A stretch of 64,000 nt of DNA from an uncultured Oscillospiraceae bacterium (lineage in GTDB: Bacteria > Bacillota > Clostridia > Christensenellales > QALW01): positions 140 to 64,139 of the forward strand of contig CAZBLS010000002.1 in assembly GCA_964492705.1 (NCBI GenBank), written 5' to 3'. Made by a program: the position numbers and the translations under genes. Below the pieces are notes generated by a model, which saw only the letters and a list, made by a program, of their open reading frames with translations, had not been told where the DNA came from and did no database searches. Of this stretch, positions 26,395 through 35,985 are shown in pieces (position 1 is the stretch's first letter; the number at the start of each line of letters is the position of its first letter).

Positions 26395-27804
26395 ATGGAA
26401 AAGTTTTTTCATTTGAAAGAGCGTAATACCACGGTGCGCACCGAATTCACGGCAGGTTTGACAACTTTCTTTGCAATGGTCTATATTTTAATGGTCAATG
26501 CAAATATGTTTGCCAATCCCTTTAATGACGGCACAAACGCGCTGGGTGTTTCCTACGGCGCAATCTACGTTGCAACCGCCATTTCTGCGGTAATCGGCAC
26601 TGTTCTTATCGGGTTGCTTGCCAATCTTCCCCTTGCACAGGCAAGCGGAATGGGACTTAATGCATTTTTCGTCTACACCGTTTGCATAGGTTTTAATCTT
26701 TCCTATGCCAATGCATTGGTTCTTGTACTTATCGACGGTTTGGTATTCATTCTTCTTACCGTTACCGGTTTAAGGAAAAAGATATTCGAGGCTATCCCCT
26801 CGGAAGTTCGCACTGCCATCCCCGCAGGTATCGGTCTGTTTATCGCTTTCTTGGGTCTTCAAAATGCAAAGATAATAATCCCCAGTACCTCTACCGGCAC
26901 AACACTTGCTTCATTTAACCTGCTTACCGGTTCTTGGGGTGATATTATGCCTCTCGCCGTTACGATCGTTGCATTTATCGCCATTGCGGTAATGTCAAAG
27001 AGGAACGTTAAGGGTGCGGTTCTTTGGGGCATTCTCGGCGGTGCGGTACTTTATTATCTTTTGGGTCTCACCGTTCCCGACTTCTATAAGGAAAACGTTT
27101 TCACTTTCAGCAATCCGCTTACCGCTTTTAAAGAATTCGGTACGGAAGCATTCGGCAAAGTATTTACCGAAGGATTTGATTTTACCGAATATATTTCCGC
27201 AAACGGAACGGCTAACTTTGTACTTATGCTTATCACCACTTCACTTGCATTCTGTATGGTAGATATGTTCGATACTCTCGGCACTCTTTACGGTGCCTGT
27301 GCAAGGGGCAATTTGCTTGACGAAAACGGTGAAGTTCCCAATATGGACAAGGCTATGCTCGCCGATGCCATCGCCACCACTGCCGGCGCCGTATGCGGTA
27401 CTTCCACCGTTACTACTTTCGTTGAGTCCTCCGCAGGTGTTGCCGAGGGCGGAAGAACGGGTCTTTCGGCTATGTTTTCCGCACTGTTCTTCTTTATCGC
27501 AATGTTTTTAAGCCCTCTTGCCCAACTTATTCCCGGTTGTGCAACAGCCGCCGCACTTATCTACGTCGGCGTACTTATGATGTCCTGTGTTACAAAGATC
27601 GATTGGCTCTCGCCCGACAAGGCGGTCCCCGCATTTATGACCGTTGCCGTAATGCCTTTTGCTTACAACATTTCATTCGGTATTGCATTCGGTCTTCTCA
27701 CTTATACCGTAATCAATCTTTTCTGCGGCAAAGCAAAGGAAATCAAAGCAAGTACTTGGGTAATAACCGCACTGTTCGTTCTTATGCTTCTCTTTACCCA
27801 CTGA
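26395..27804 (+). CDS. NCS2-family nucleobase permease (adenine/guanine/hypoxanthine, AzgA/PbuG-like)
   Basis: 469 aa. The N-terminus FHLKERNTTVRTEFTAGLTTFFAMVYILMVN is typical of the AzgA-like subfamily. Confidence 0.88.
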   Translation: MEKFFHLKERNTTVRTEFTAGLTTFFAMVYILMVNANMFANPFNDGTNALGVSYGAIYVATAISAVIGTVLIGLLANLPLAQASGMGLNAFFVYTVCIGFNLSYANALVLVLIDGLVFILLTVTGLRKKIFEAIPSEVRTAIPAGIGLFIAFLGLQNAKIIIPSTSTGTTLASFNLLTGSWGDIMPLAVTIVAFIAIAVMSKRNVKGAVLWGILGGAVLYYLLGLTVPDFYKENVFTFSNPLTAFKEFGTEAFGKVFTEGFDFTEYISANGTANFVLMLITTSLAFCMVDMFDTLGTLYGACARGNLLDENGEVPNMDKAMLADAIATTAGAVCGTSTVTTFVESSAGVAEGGRTGLSAMFSALFFFIAMFLSPLAQLIPGCATAAALIYVGVLMMSCVTKIDWLSPDKAVPAFMTVAVMPFAYNISFGIAFGLLTYTVINLFCGKAKEIKASTWVITALFVLMLLFTH

Positions 27805-27823
27805 TAAAAAAATTAAAATTTTT

Positions 27824-27856
27824 GCCGAAAAGACATTTTGTTTTTTCGGCTTTTTC
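27824..27856 (+). terminator. intrinsic terminator
   Basis: GCCGAAAA...TTTTCGGC stem followed by TTTTT. Confidence 0.8.
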
Positions 27857-27864
27857 TTTACCCG

Positions 27865-27893
27865 TTGACTTTAATCCCACCGAGTGTTACAAT
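27865..27893 (+). promoter_or_regulatory. sigma-A-type promoter in front of the helicase-remnant ORFs
   Basis: TTGACT (27865-27870), 17 nt, TACAAT (27888-27893). Confidence 0.5.
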
Positions 27894-27916
27894 ATAAAAA
27901 AGGGAAGAAAACTAAA

Positions 27917-29106
27917 ATGAACGTTTCCGCAAAAGACGTAAAAGTTCTTATTCCCGAATACAAAAACTGAAAAAATCACTTGCGGAAAACACACTTTTGG
28001 CTGATTCCTACTTAAAAAGAGCACGTCAGTCCGCTTCGGTTTGTGAGAAAAGCGGTACTTTACTCTGCGCCCAAATTCTGTCCGGCGGAACGGGACTTAA
28101 TATCCAAAGTGCAAGCGTTGTTATTATTTGCGAACCGCAACTTAAACCGTCCGTTGAAAATCAGGCAATTTCCCGTGCATACCGAATGGGTCAGGCAAGG
28201 AACGTACTTGTGTACCGATTGCTGTGCGAAGACACCGTTGACGAGCGCATTTGCGAAATACTTGACAAAAAACAGCGTCTTTTTGACGCTTTTGCCGACA
28301 AATCCGTCGCCGCAAGCAAAACGAACGAAATAGACGATAAAACTTTCGGCAAGATAATCGAAGCAGAGATAGAGAAGATCAAAAAAGAAAAAGCAGACTC
28401 TTCAAATCACAGCACACCAAAAGACGTCACTGCGAAACGTGCCGATTTCAACACCGAAAATATGGGTGAAACAGTTCGGTCGGATACCGCAAAAAACGGT
28501 ACGTATATTTTTACGGATACCGAATATATCTTTACATCTTCCGAAAAATACGACCGTGAGATGCAAATGAGTTACAAAGAATTTGCCGACTACTTAAAGA
28601 ACAAGTACGGTGCAGTTACGGGAGATTACTTTCTCACCGAGTCTTGCGCTTCCCCAAACAAGCGGATAAAACGCACGGACGAGGGGCTGCAAATTCATCA
28701 TATTGACGAAGACAAAGCAATACAACTTTCTTCAAAAGACCGCGCACTTTCAAACCCCTACGATTATCAAAAGGCTGACAGACCTGTATACTGTAATATT
28801 TTGGAACATTTTCTCCTGCACATTAAAATTTACACCGAACCGAGACACCCGAATGCCAACAAAGATGAAATTTCGGGATTTGGCGGAATAGTAAACACTA
28901 TCGGACCGCAAACAAACGGTATTTTTGACGGATGCGACTTCGTTCAGGAGTTTAGAATTCATTTAAAGAACGTAGTAAAGGACAATTTCGAAGATTACAT
29001 AAAAATGCTCAAATACGTTCAGCGAAATTTGGGCATAGATACCTTGACGCTTTCACTGGACTTTAACGGAAACGTAGTTGATAAAGTATATAACGCTTTA
29101 AAATAA
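27917..29106 (+). pseudogene. frameshifted remnant: SNF2-family helicase C-terminal lobe fused to an HNH-like C-terminal region (N-terminal ATPase lobe absent)
   Basis: Short ORF 27917-27970 (MNVSAKDVKVLIPEYKN*) resembles the KVLIFSQF strand of SNF2 proteins. The -1 frame continues as KLKKSLAENTLLADSY... into ORF 27997-29106, which carries helicase motifs V/VI (SGGTGLNIQSASVVIICEPQLKPSVENQAISRAYRMGQ). The frames join at the A5 run 27962-27966. C-terminal LQIHHIDED...YCNILEHFLLH is HNH-like. Confidence 0.6.
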
Positions 29107-29114
29107 GCAAAACC

Positions 29115-29143
29115 TTGACTATTCGGCACCGTTATGATATAAT
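29115..29143 (+). promoter_or_regulatory. consensus sigma-A promoter of argS
   Basis: TTGACT (29115-29120), 17 nt, TATAAT (29138-29143). The leader is only ~25 nt. Confidence 0.7.
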
Positions 29144-29174
29144 GTTTTAACTTAAATGAGCATTGGAGTAATTT

Positions 29175-30863
29175 ATGGATTTTAAAAGTATTATTGCCTC
29201 TCTCATCGCAGAGCAGGCGGGTATTTCGGCAGAAGAATGCGCTTCATATACGGAAATCCCCCCAAAAAAAGAGATGGGAGATCTGGCTTTTCCCTGTTTC
29301 AAATTGGCAAAGGTTATGCGCAAAGCACCGCCGGAGATTGCAAAGCAGTTAAAGGAAAATATCGTTCTGCCCGATTTTGTTAAAGAATGTGCGGTAATGG
29401 GCGGATATCTTAACTTTTTTATCGACCCCGAAAAACGTGCCGAATCGGTTTTGAAGGAAATTGACCGTTTGGGTGAAAAATACGGTTCTTCCGATGAAGG
29501 CAACGGCAAGACCGTCTGTCTTGACTATTCTTCCGTAAACATCGCAAAGCGTTGCCATATCGGTCACCTTACCACCACCGTTCTCGGCAATTCCCTGGCA
29601 AAAATTCACAGGTTTTTAGGCTATAAAACCGTTTCCATAAACCATTTGGGCGATTGGGGAACGCAGTTCGGCAAAATGATTTGCGCCTTTAAGCATTGGG
29701 GCAAACGTGAAGACGTGGAAGAAAAGGGTGTAAACGCTCTTATTGAACTTTACGTGCGTTTTGACAGAGAAGCGGACGAGGAACTTGAAAAAGAAGCCCG
29801 TGCGTGGTTTAAAAGGATTGAAGACGATGACCCCGAGGCAATGGAACTTTTTACGTGGTTTAAAGAAATTACCCTTAAAGACGTGGCTGTGGTTTACGAC
29901 CTTTTGGGAATCGAATTCGATTCCTACGCAGGCGAAAGTTTCTATAAGGACAAGTGCGGAACCGTAATTGACGAACTTAAAGAAAAAAATCTTTTGGAAT
30001 TTTCCCAAGGTGCTTACGTGGTAAAATTGGACGAATACAATATGCCTCCCTGCATACTGCTTAAATCCGACGGCGCAACCATATACGCCACCCGTGACCT
30101 TGCCGCAATATTTTACAGGAAAAAGACCTACGATTTCGACAAGTGTTTATACGTGGTTGCTTATCAGCAGGACCTGCACTTTAAACAGATATTCAAGGTA
30201 GTTGACCTTATGGGATATTCTTGGGCAAAAGATCTTGTTCACGTACCTTTCGGTATGGTAAGTTACGAGGGACAGACTCTTTCCACACGAAAAGGTCACG
30301 TTGTCTACCTTGACGAACTGCTTCACCGTGCCTGCGACAAAGCACTTGATATTATTAACGAAAAGAACCCCAACCTACCCGATAAGGAAAAGGTTGCCCG
30401 TCAGGTGGGAATAGGCGCCGTGGTATTCTACGACCTGTTCTCCGGCAGAATAAAAGACGTGGATTTTTGGTGGGACAGAGCCCTTAACTTTGAGGGTGAA
30501 ACAGGTCCTTACGTTCAGTACGCTCACACCCGTTGCTGTTCGGTTCTCGCAAAAGCCCCCGAACTTGACACTTCAAAAGCGGATTTCTCCGTTCTCTCCG
30601 ACAGTGCAAGCACTGACCTTATCGCAATGCTTGAAGAGTTCCCCCACGTAGTTTCCGATGCGGCGCAAAAATACGAGCCGTCGGTAATTACCCGTTACTG
30701 CGCATCTCTTGCCCAGTGCTACAATAAATTCTACTTTGATAACCGTATTATCGGCGAAGAAGAGGGCATTATGCAGGCTCGCTTGCTTGTGACAAAATGC
30801 ACCCGTGACGTAATAAAGACCGCTCTCGGTCTTTTGGGAATCGAAGCACCCGAAAAAATGTAA
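29175..30863 (+). CDS. argS: arginine--tRNA ligase
   Basis: 562 aa. HIGH-type motif CHIGHL, DALR anticodon-binding C-terminus, overall class I ArgRS layout. Confidence 0.93.
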   Translation: MDFKSIIASLIAEQAGISAEECASYTEIPPKKEMGDLAFPCFKLAKVMRKAPPEIAKQLKENIVLPDFVKECAVMGGYLNFFIDPEKRAESVLKEIDRLGEKYGSSDEGNGKTVCLDYSSVNIAKRCHIGHLTTTVLGNSLAKIHRFLGYKTVSINHLGDWGTQFGKMICAFKHWGKREDVEEKGVNALIELYVRFDREADEELEKEARAWFKRIEDDDPEAMELFTWFKEITLKDVAVVYDLLGIEFDSYAGESFYKDKCGTVIDELKEKNLLEFSQGAYVVKLDEYNMPPCILLKSDGATIYATRDLAAIFYRKKTYDFDKCLYVVAYQQDLHFKQIFKVVDLMGYSWAKDLVHVPFGMVSYEGQTLSTRKGHVVYLDELLHRACDKALDIINEKNPNLPDKEKVARQVGIGAVVFYDLFSGRIKDVDFWWDRALNFEGETGPYVQYAHTRCCSVLAKAPELDTSKADFSVLSDSASTDLIAMLEEFPHVVSDAAQKYEPSVITRYCASLAQCYNKFYFDNRIIGEEEGIMQARLLVTKCTRDVIKTALGLLGIEAPEKM

Positions 30864-30870
30864 AACATAT

Positions 30871-30896
30871 ATCCGTCCGCAAGGGCGGATTTTTTC
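30871..30896 (+). terminator. intrinsic terminator after argS
   Basis: ATCCGTCCGC-AA-GGGCGGAT followed by TTTTT. Confidence 0.75.
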
Positions 30897-30969
30897 ATAT
30901 AAAAACCGCCGATTTCCGCAAAAGAAAAAGCATAATCGCACGCATTTCGTCAAATCAGGCACATAATGC

Positions 30970-31011
30970 AAAAAAGCACCTCAAAAGTATCTGACTTTCG
31001 GGGTGCTTTTA
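30970..31011. terminator. bidirectional hairpin terminator (serves the convergent alcohol dehydrogenase gene)
   Basis: AGCACC...GGTGCT stem flanked by an A-run and a T-run. Confidence 0.65.
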
Positions 31012-31027
31012 TATGCTTTATCGTATT

Positions 31028-32185
31028 TTAAAGGGATTTTGCAAATATTTCCTCGATATCCTTTTCGTAAAGAGGATACCAAGCGTTTTCAAGGTGATCC
31101 TTTTGGGCAACGTGGTGCGCCATTTCGTTTAATCTTGACGAATCAATACCGACTTCGGTAAGGTGCATAGGCATTGAAAACGATTCAAACAGGTCGTACA
31201 CCGCTTTTACGGTCTTTCTTGCCGTCTCCCAACCGTCTTCGCATTCTATACCGAAAATGTTTTTACCGAAACTCACAAACCTTTCAAGGGTCTTTTCACA
31301 CAGGATATGCTCCATCCAACGGGGTGTGATTATGGCAAGTCCCTCTCCGTGGGTGATATCGTAGTATGCGCTGAGTGCGTGCTCCATTGCATGGCAGGGC
31401 CAACCCGAGCGCACCGTGCCCACCGAAAGTATACCGTTGCAGGCAAGTGAACAGCATACCGCTATTTCCGCACGGGCACTGTAATTTTCGGGTTCTTCAA
31501 GGGCAACACGGGCATTTTTTATAAGGCTCTTTATTACGGATTCGCACAGACCGTCGGTAAGCAATGAGTGCGAATCGCAAAAATACTGTTCCATAACGTG
31601 ATTTATGGCATCCGCCACACCCGATGCCGTCTGTCTTTTTGAAACCGAATACATATATTCGGGATCAACAAATGATGCATAGGGGTATATATGAGGGTCT
31701 TTATACCCTATTTTATCGTCGGTTTCCGTACGTGAAATTACCGCAGCCGCATCGTATTCCGAACCTGTTGCGGCAAGGGTAAGCACATCAACAAGAGGAA
31801 GTGCGTCTTCCGCTTTGGCTTTACCCTCTATAAGATCCCATGTTTCGCCGTCATAGAGTGCACCTGCGCATATTGCCTTTGAGCAGTCGATAACGCTTCC
31901 GCCTCCCACTGCCAAAACAGCGTCAATATTTTTCTCTTTGCATATCTTAACGCCTTCCAGCACGCTTGTGTACTTGGGGTTAGGCTCTATTCCCGAAAGT
32001 TCGTAAACTTCAAAATTTTCAAGCAATTCCTTTACTTTGCCGTAAAGCCCGTTCTTTTTAATGCTTCCGCCACCGTAGGTAAGCAAAACTTTTTTGCCTT
32101 TTTCGCCTAATACTTCGGGAAGTTTTTCTATTACGCCTTTACCGAATATAAGTTTTGTGGGTGTATTGTAAATAAAATTTTCCAT
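31028..32185 (-). CDS. iron-containing (group III) alcohol dehydrogenase, butanol dehydrogenase/YqhD-like
   Basis: 385 aa. GGGS motif (AVGGGSVIDCSKAI) and metal-binding His cluster (HAMEHALSAYYDITHGEGLA). Confidence 0.88.
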   Translation of the reverse strand: MENFIYNTPTKLIFGKGVIEKLPEVLGEKGKKVLLTYGGGSIKKNGLYGKVKELLENFEVYELSGIEPNPKYTSVLEGVKICKEKNIDAVLAVGGGSVIDCSKAICAGALYDGETWDLIEGKAKAEDALPLVDVLTLAATGSEYDAAAVISRTETDDKIGYKDPHIYPYASFVDPEYMYSVSKRQTASGVADAINHVMEQYFCDSHSLLTDGLCESVIKSLIKNARVALEEPENYSARAEIAVCCSLACNGILSVGTVRSGWPCHAMEHALSAYYDITHGEGLAIITPRWMEHILCEKTLERFVSFGKNIFGIECEDGWETARKTVKAVYDLFESFSMPMHLTEVGIDSSRLNEMAHHVAQKDHLENAWYPLYEKDIEEIFAKSL

Positions 32186-32194
32186 AACAGTCTC

Positions 32195-32755
32195 CTATTT
32201 TAATTTTTTTCCTGCCGAAAAAGCATTACCGCAAGTGTTGCCCAAAACGGCGTATGTATTTGTAAAGGGGTCAAACGCAATGGGTTTTACTTTTAATCTG
32301 TCAACATTGCCGTTTTCGTCCAATACGCTCTCGTCAACGCTTACGTTTACTATTTCGCCCACAAGCCTGCAAGTTTCTTCATCGTAACTTTTAAGTTTGC
32401 ATTCCAACGCAACGGCGAGTTCGTTTATTAACGGTGCATCGGTAAATTCCGACTTTGTGCAGGTAAATCCCGATTTTTTAAATTTATCCTTTTCGTTATT
32501 ACCCGAAACCATACCCACGTAATCGCAATTCTCCAAAAAATCTTCCTGTCCCATACTTACGGTAAAGGCTTTTCTTTTTAAAATATTCTCCGTTGTTTTA
32601 TGGTTTGCCGAAATACAAACGGATATTTCGTTTTCTTCGCTTATACCTCCCCAAGCGGCATTCATCGCATCGGGTGTTCCGTCATCGCAATATGTGGCGA
32701 TAATAAACACGGGTTGCGGATAACTGTACGGTTTTACTCCAAAATTCTTTCTCAT
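32195..32755 (-). CDS. flavin reductase-like, FMN-binding split-barrel protein
   Basis: 186 aa. PQPVFIIATYCDDGTPDAMNAAWGG is typical of the flavin reductase domain. Confidence 0.75.
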   Translation of the reverse strand: MRKNFGVKPYSYPQPVFIIATYCDDGTPDAMNAAWGGISEENEISVCISANHKTTENILKRKAFTVSMGQEDFLENCDYVGMVSGNNEKDKFKKSGFTCTKSEFTDAPLINELAVALECKLKSYDEETCRLVGEIVNVSVDESVLDENGNVDRLKVKPIAFDPFTNTYAVLGNTCGNAFSAGKKLK

Positions 32756-32821
32756 GTTCCACTGCCTCCGTGAAAATATTTTTATTTATTATACATTACT
32801 TATCCCCTGTTACGCAACTGT

Positions 32822-32863
32822 TTTTTAAAAAACGAAAAGCGGAAATGCACAGAGCACTTCCGC
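32822..32863 (-). terminator. intrinsic terminator after rpmE
   Basis: On the minus strand: GCGGAAGTGC-tctgt-GCATTTCCGC followed by TTTTCGTTTTTT. Confidence 0.75.
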
Positions 32864-32887
32864 CGATTTTCGCCGATTTCGTAACTA

Positions 32888-33265
32888 TCAAAGTCCGTAT
32901 CTCTTCTTAAATTTGTCAACACGACCTGCAGAGTCAACGAACTTCTGCTTACCCGTATAAAAGGGATGGCACTTTGAGCAAATTTCAACAGAAAGAGAAT
33001 CCTTTACCGAGCCTGTTTCGAAAGTTTCGCCGCAAGCACACTTTACTGTTACCTTTTTGTAATCCGGATGTATACCGTATCTCTTCTTAAATTTGTCAAC
33101 ACGACCTGCAGAGTCAACGAACTTCTGCTTACCCGTATAAAAGGGATGGCACTTTGAGCAAATTTCAACAGAAAGAGAATCCTTTACCGAGCCTGTTTCG
33201 AAAGTTTCGCCGCAAGCACACTTTACTGTTACCTTTTTGTAATCCGGATGTATACCTTGTTTCAT
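32888..33265 (-). CDS. rpmE: 50S ribosomal protein L31 (Zn-ribbon type) carrying an in-frame duplication of residues 4-63 (125 aa instead of ~65 aa)
   Basis: MKQ + 2 x [[60 protein letters not shown]] + GL. GAGGTG Shine-Dalgarno upstream. Confidence 0.85.
   Translation of the reverse strand: MKQGIHPDYKKVTVKCACGETFETGSVKDSLSVEICSKCHPFYTGKQKFVDSAGRVDKFKKRYGIHPDYKKVTVKCACGETFETGSVKDSLSVEICSKCHPFYTGKQKFVDSAGRVDKFKKRYGL
32895..33256. repeat. perfect head-to-tail tandem duplication, 2 x 180 bp, inside rpmE
   Basis: 32895-33074 is identical base for base to 33075-33254. Identity continues 2 nt further (CC) as junction microhomology. Verified by aligning the printed sequence lines. Confidence 0.97.
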
Positions 33266-33319
33266 AATGGATTCACCTCATTCTTTACGGAAACTAATCC
33301 TTACTATTAAGCATCGGTT

Positions 33320-33348
33320 ATTATACTCTTAAACGCACTTTGTGTCAA
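33320..33348 (-). promoter_or_regulatory. consensus sigma-A promoter of rpmE
   Basis: On the minus strand: TTGACA (33343-33348), 17 nt, TATAAT (33320-33325). Confidence 0.7.
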
Positions 33349-33377
33349 ATGTTTTTTTGCGTATTTACCGCAAATTA

Positions 33378-34844
33378 TTACAGGAAGAAACATTCTGTGC
33401 CCAAAGTAGTATAATAAGTGCGGTTTTTCCCCGCCCAACAGGTGTATCTTACGGATACTGAACAGAAATACAAACAGTTACCAACGGGTTTTACGCCCAT
33501 ATACGCTTCTATTGCCGCATAGTAATTACTGTTGGAATAGGTTTCGTTCTTTAAAGTACTGTTGGCAGTTGAAAACTGATTTGGCGAGTAGATTATATCG
33601 TACACGGATGCGCCGGTACGCTTTACTCGGTTCATTATAACGCTTCCCACCGCCAACTGACATTTATATGAACTTCCGCCCACTTCTCTCTTTATTATTC
33701 TCGCAATAAGTCTTACGTCTTCCAACTGACTTTCCGAAAGAGTGGCAAGTGCGGAATTGACAACGTCCATATTGGCTGAATTATAACCGCTTACCGTTGC
33801 ACCGGTTGAAGTGCTTACGGAACCTGTACTCGGAGTGCTTCCGCCGAGAGCCGCCGAAATTTTGGCAAGCGTCTTACTGCCTGCAATACCGTCGGCACTG
33901 ATAGAATAGGCTTTTTGGAATGCGATTACCGCCTTTTTCGTCACCGAGCCGAATTCGCCCGTGGCAGTACCCGAAAAATAGCCTAATTTTTTCAAATTCT
34001 GCTGTAACTTTTTAACTTCACTGCCCGTATCTCCGAACCTGAGCGTGCCGGGTTTGGCAACAGAATCTTTAAGTTCACCATCGTCATCGTTGACCTTTGC
34101 CGCCACGGAATTAAGTGCCGTAACCGTAAGATTCGCAACCGTTCCCGTCTGGCTTATCTGATTGCTCTTTTGGAAGTTTTTTACCGCCGAAACGGTTATC
34201 GCTCCGTAATATCCCGTTACGTACTTTGAATCCAAGTATCCCAGTTGACACAAACGCTGTTGCAGTGCCTTTACTCCCGAATCTTCATCGCCTGCCTTGT
34301 AAGTCCTGTTTTCGTCAAGTTTGGTGATGTCGGAAAGTTCGTTTATGCGCTCTATTGTAAGTTTCGCCGCAACGCCCGTGGCGGAAATGCCGTGTTCCTT
34401 TTGGAACTTCTTTACCGCCGCCTCCGTAACGTCACCGTAATATCCCGTTACTTTGTCCTTTGCAAGATATCCCATATCCGCAAGTTTTTGCTGTAACGTT
34501 TTAACTTCACTGCCCTCGTTACCGTTTTTAAGTACCATAGAGCCGTCAATATTGGCGGTAAACAGGGCTTCTATCGTCTTTTCAGCCGCCACTCCCGTAC
34601 TGTTTATGTTCTTTGATTTCTGATATTCCTCAACTGCCGATTCGGTTTCCCGTCCGAAAAATCCCGTTACGTATTTTTCTTCCAAAAAGCCGTTTTCCGA
34701 AAGTTTTTGCTGTAACTCCTTAACTTCCGGTCCCTTACTGCCGATTTTTAATACGGACTCCGGCATAGCGTGTGCGGTCAGCACCGATGCCGTCAGTACC
34801 GTTATAAGTACGGCGGAAATCAGCAATGTCAGCCGTTTCTTCAT
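33378..34844 (-). CDS. cell-wall hydrolase: signal peptide, four PG_binding_1 repeats, C-terminal SleB/CwlJ-type (Hydrolase_2) domain
   Basis: 488 aa. Four repeats of the type G..G.EVK.LQQ.L...GYL. C-terminal ARIIKREVGGSSYKCQLAVGSVIMNRV...IYSPNQFS is typical of SleB-like cortex-lytic enzymes. Confidence 0.82.
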   Translation of the reverse strand: MKKRLTLLISAVLITVLTASVLTAHAMPESVLKIGSKGPEVKELQQKLSENGFLEEKYVTGFFGRETESAVEEYQKSKNINSTGVAAEKTIEALFTANIDGSMVLKNGNEGSEVKTLQQKLADMGYLAKDKVTGYYGDVTEAAVKKFQKEHGISATGVAAKLTIERINELSDITKLDENRTYKAGDEDSGVKALQQRLCQLGYLDSKYVTGYYGAITVSAVKNFQKSNQISQTGTVANLTVTALNSVAAKVNDDDGELKDSVAKPGTLRFGDTGSEVKKLQQNLKKLGYFSGTATGEFGSVTKKAVIAFQKAYSISADGIAGSKTLAKISAALGGSTPSTGSVSTSTGATVSGYNSANMDVVNSALATLSESQLEDVRLIARIIKREVGGSSYKCQLAVGSVIMNRVKRTGASVYDIIYSPNQFSTANSTLKNETYSNSNYYAAIEAYMGVKPVGNCLYFCSVSVRYTCWAGKNRTYYTTLGTECFFL

Positions 34845-35130
34845 CTGCCGTTCCTCCTTATTTTAAGTTTGTTTTTTGTTTTTTGCGATGTAAATTCACC
34901 GCTTTTCGTTAGGTATTCTACCATATTTCACCGATTTGCGCAACACTTTTGTAACATTTGGAATTTTTGTCAAATTCAAGTCCTTTTTCCACCCTGTTTC
35001 AAAGCGCAATTTTTTCCGCCTTTATACCCTTAAACGCTTGATTTTTCGCTTTATTTTTTCCGTAAAGTTTGGTATAATATATAATAAGTATGCGCAAGCA
35101 ATTTTTATTTATTGCAAAAAGGAACGAAAA

Positions 35131-35985
35131 ATGGATCAAACAACAAAAAGCACAAACATAAATTGGTATCCCGGGCATATGGCTGCGGCAAAACGTATGA
35201 TGGAAGAAAATATGAAACTCATCGACGTTATAATCGAACTGCGAGATGCACGCATCCCCTTTTCCAGCGGTAACCCCGACATTGAAAAATTCAAAAAGCC
35301 GAGACTGATACTTTTAAATAAATCCGACTTGGCTGACAGTGCAAAAACAAAACTTTGGATAGATTATTTTGAAAGCAAAGGTATCCGTGCAAAAGCGATA
35401 AACGCAAGGAACCGCCAAAGCGATATCGTTTCAGCCATAAACGGTATTTGCCGTGAAAAGGCGGAGTATTTTGCCCAAAAAGGCGTTTGCCGTAATATGC
35501 GTGCGCTGATTGCAGGCATTCCCAACTCCGGTAAATCCACTCTTATAAATTCCATTTGCGGTACGCAAAAGACAAAAACGGGTGACAAGGCGGGCGTTAC
35601 AAGGGGCAAGCAGTGGATCAAAACAGGCAATATCGATCTCTTGGACTCGCCCGGACTTTTATGGCCGAAACTCGAAAACCAAAAGAGTGCGACTTTTCTT
35701 GCATTCACAGGTGCGCTTAATGACGAGATTTTGGATTTTGACGATATCGCTTTCAACCTTGTAAAGACTTTAAAGGAACTCTATCCCGAAAATTTAAAAA
35801 ACCGCTACAATATCGAACTTACCGACGATACTCTCACCGACCTTGAAAACATCTGCCGTAAACGAGGCTTTTTACTCCGCGGCGGCGACTTTGACTATGC
35901 GCGCTGTGCAAGAATGCTTCTTGACGAATTCAGGGGCGGAAAACTCGGTAAAATGACATTGGAGGTACCCAATGGCAAACTTTGA
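35131..35985 (+). CDS. rbgA: ribosome biogenesis GTPase A (YlqF/RbgA)
   Basis: ORF 34936-35985. The true start is MDQTTKSTNINWYPGHMAAAKR at 35131, behind AAAGGAA. Circularly permuted GTPase motifs NKSD ... GIPNSGKST. Extended -10 TGGTATAAT at 35070-35078. Confidence 0.9.
   Translation: MDQTTKSTNINWYPGHMAAAKRMMEENMKLIDVIIELRDARIPFSSGNPDIEKFKKPRLILLNKSDLADSAKTKLWIDYFESKGIRAKAINARNRQSDIVSAINGICREKAEYFAQKGVCRNMRALIAGIPNSGKSTLINSICGTQKTKTGDKAGVTRGKQWIKTGNIDLLDSPGLLWPKLENQKSATFLAFTGALNDEILDFDDIAFNLVKTLKELYPENLKNRYNIELTDDTLTDLENICRKRGFLLRGGDFDYARCARMLLDEFRGGKLGKMTLEVPNGKL

Noticed and set aside
27955-27975. Programmed -1 ribosomal frameshifting at C-AAA-AAC-TGA as the explanation for the split helicase-remnant gene.
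   Set aside because: The heptamer is not a true X-XXY-YYZ slippery site in the zero frame, and I see no downstream stimulatory structure. A 1-nt homopolymer deletion (pseudogene or sequencing error) is more parsimonious. It is kept only as a remote alternative in the finding.
29107-29174. Looked for a T-box leader upstream of argS.
   Set aside because: A consensus promoter lies only ~25 nt from the RBS. A T-box needs about 200 nt and a T-box sequence, and neither is present.
32800-32988. 62-aa ORF overlapping the 3' end of rpmE and its terminator.
   Set aside because: It lies out of frame on the same (minus) strand as rpmE, spans the terminator hairpin and has no RBS.
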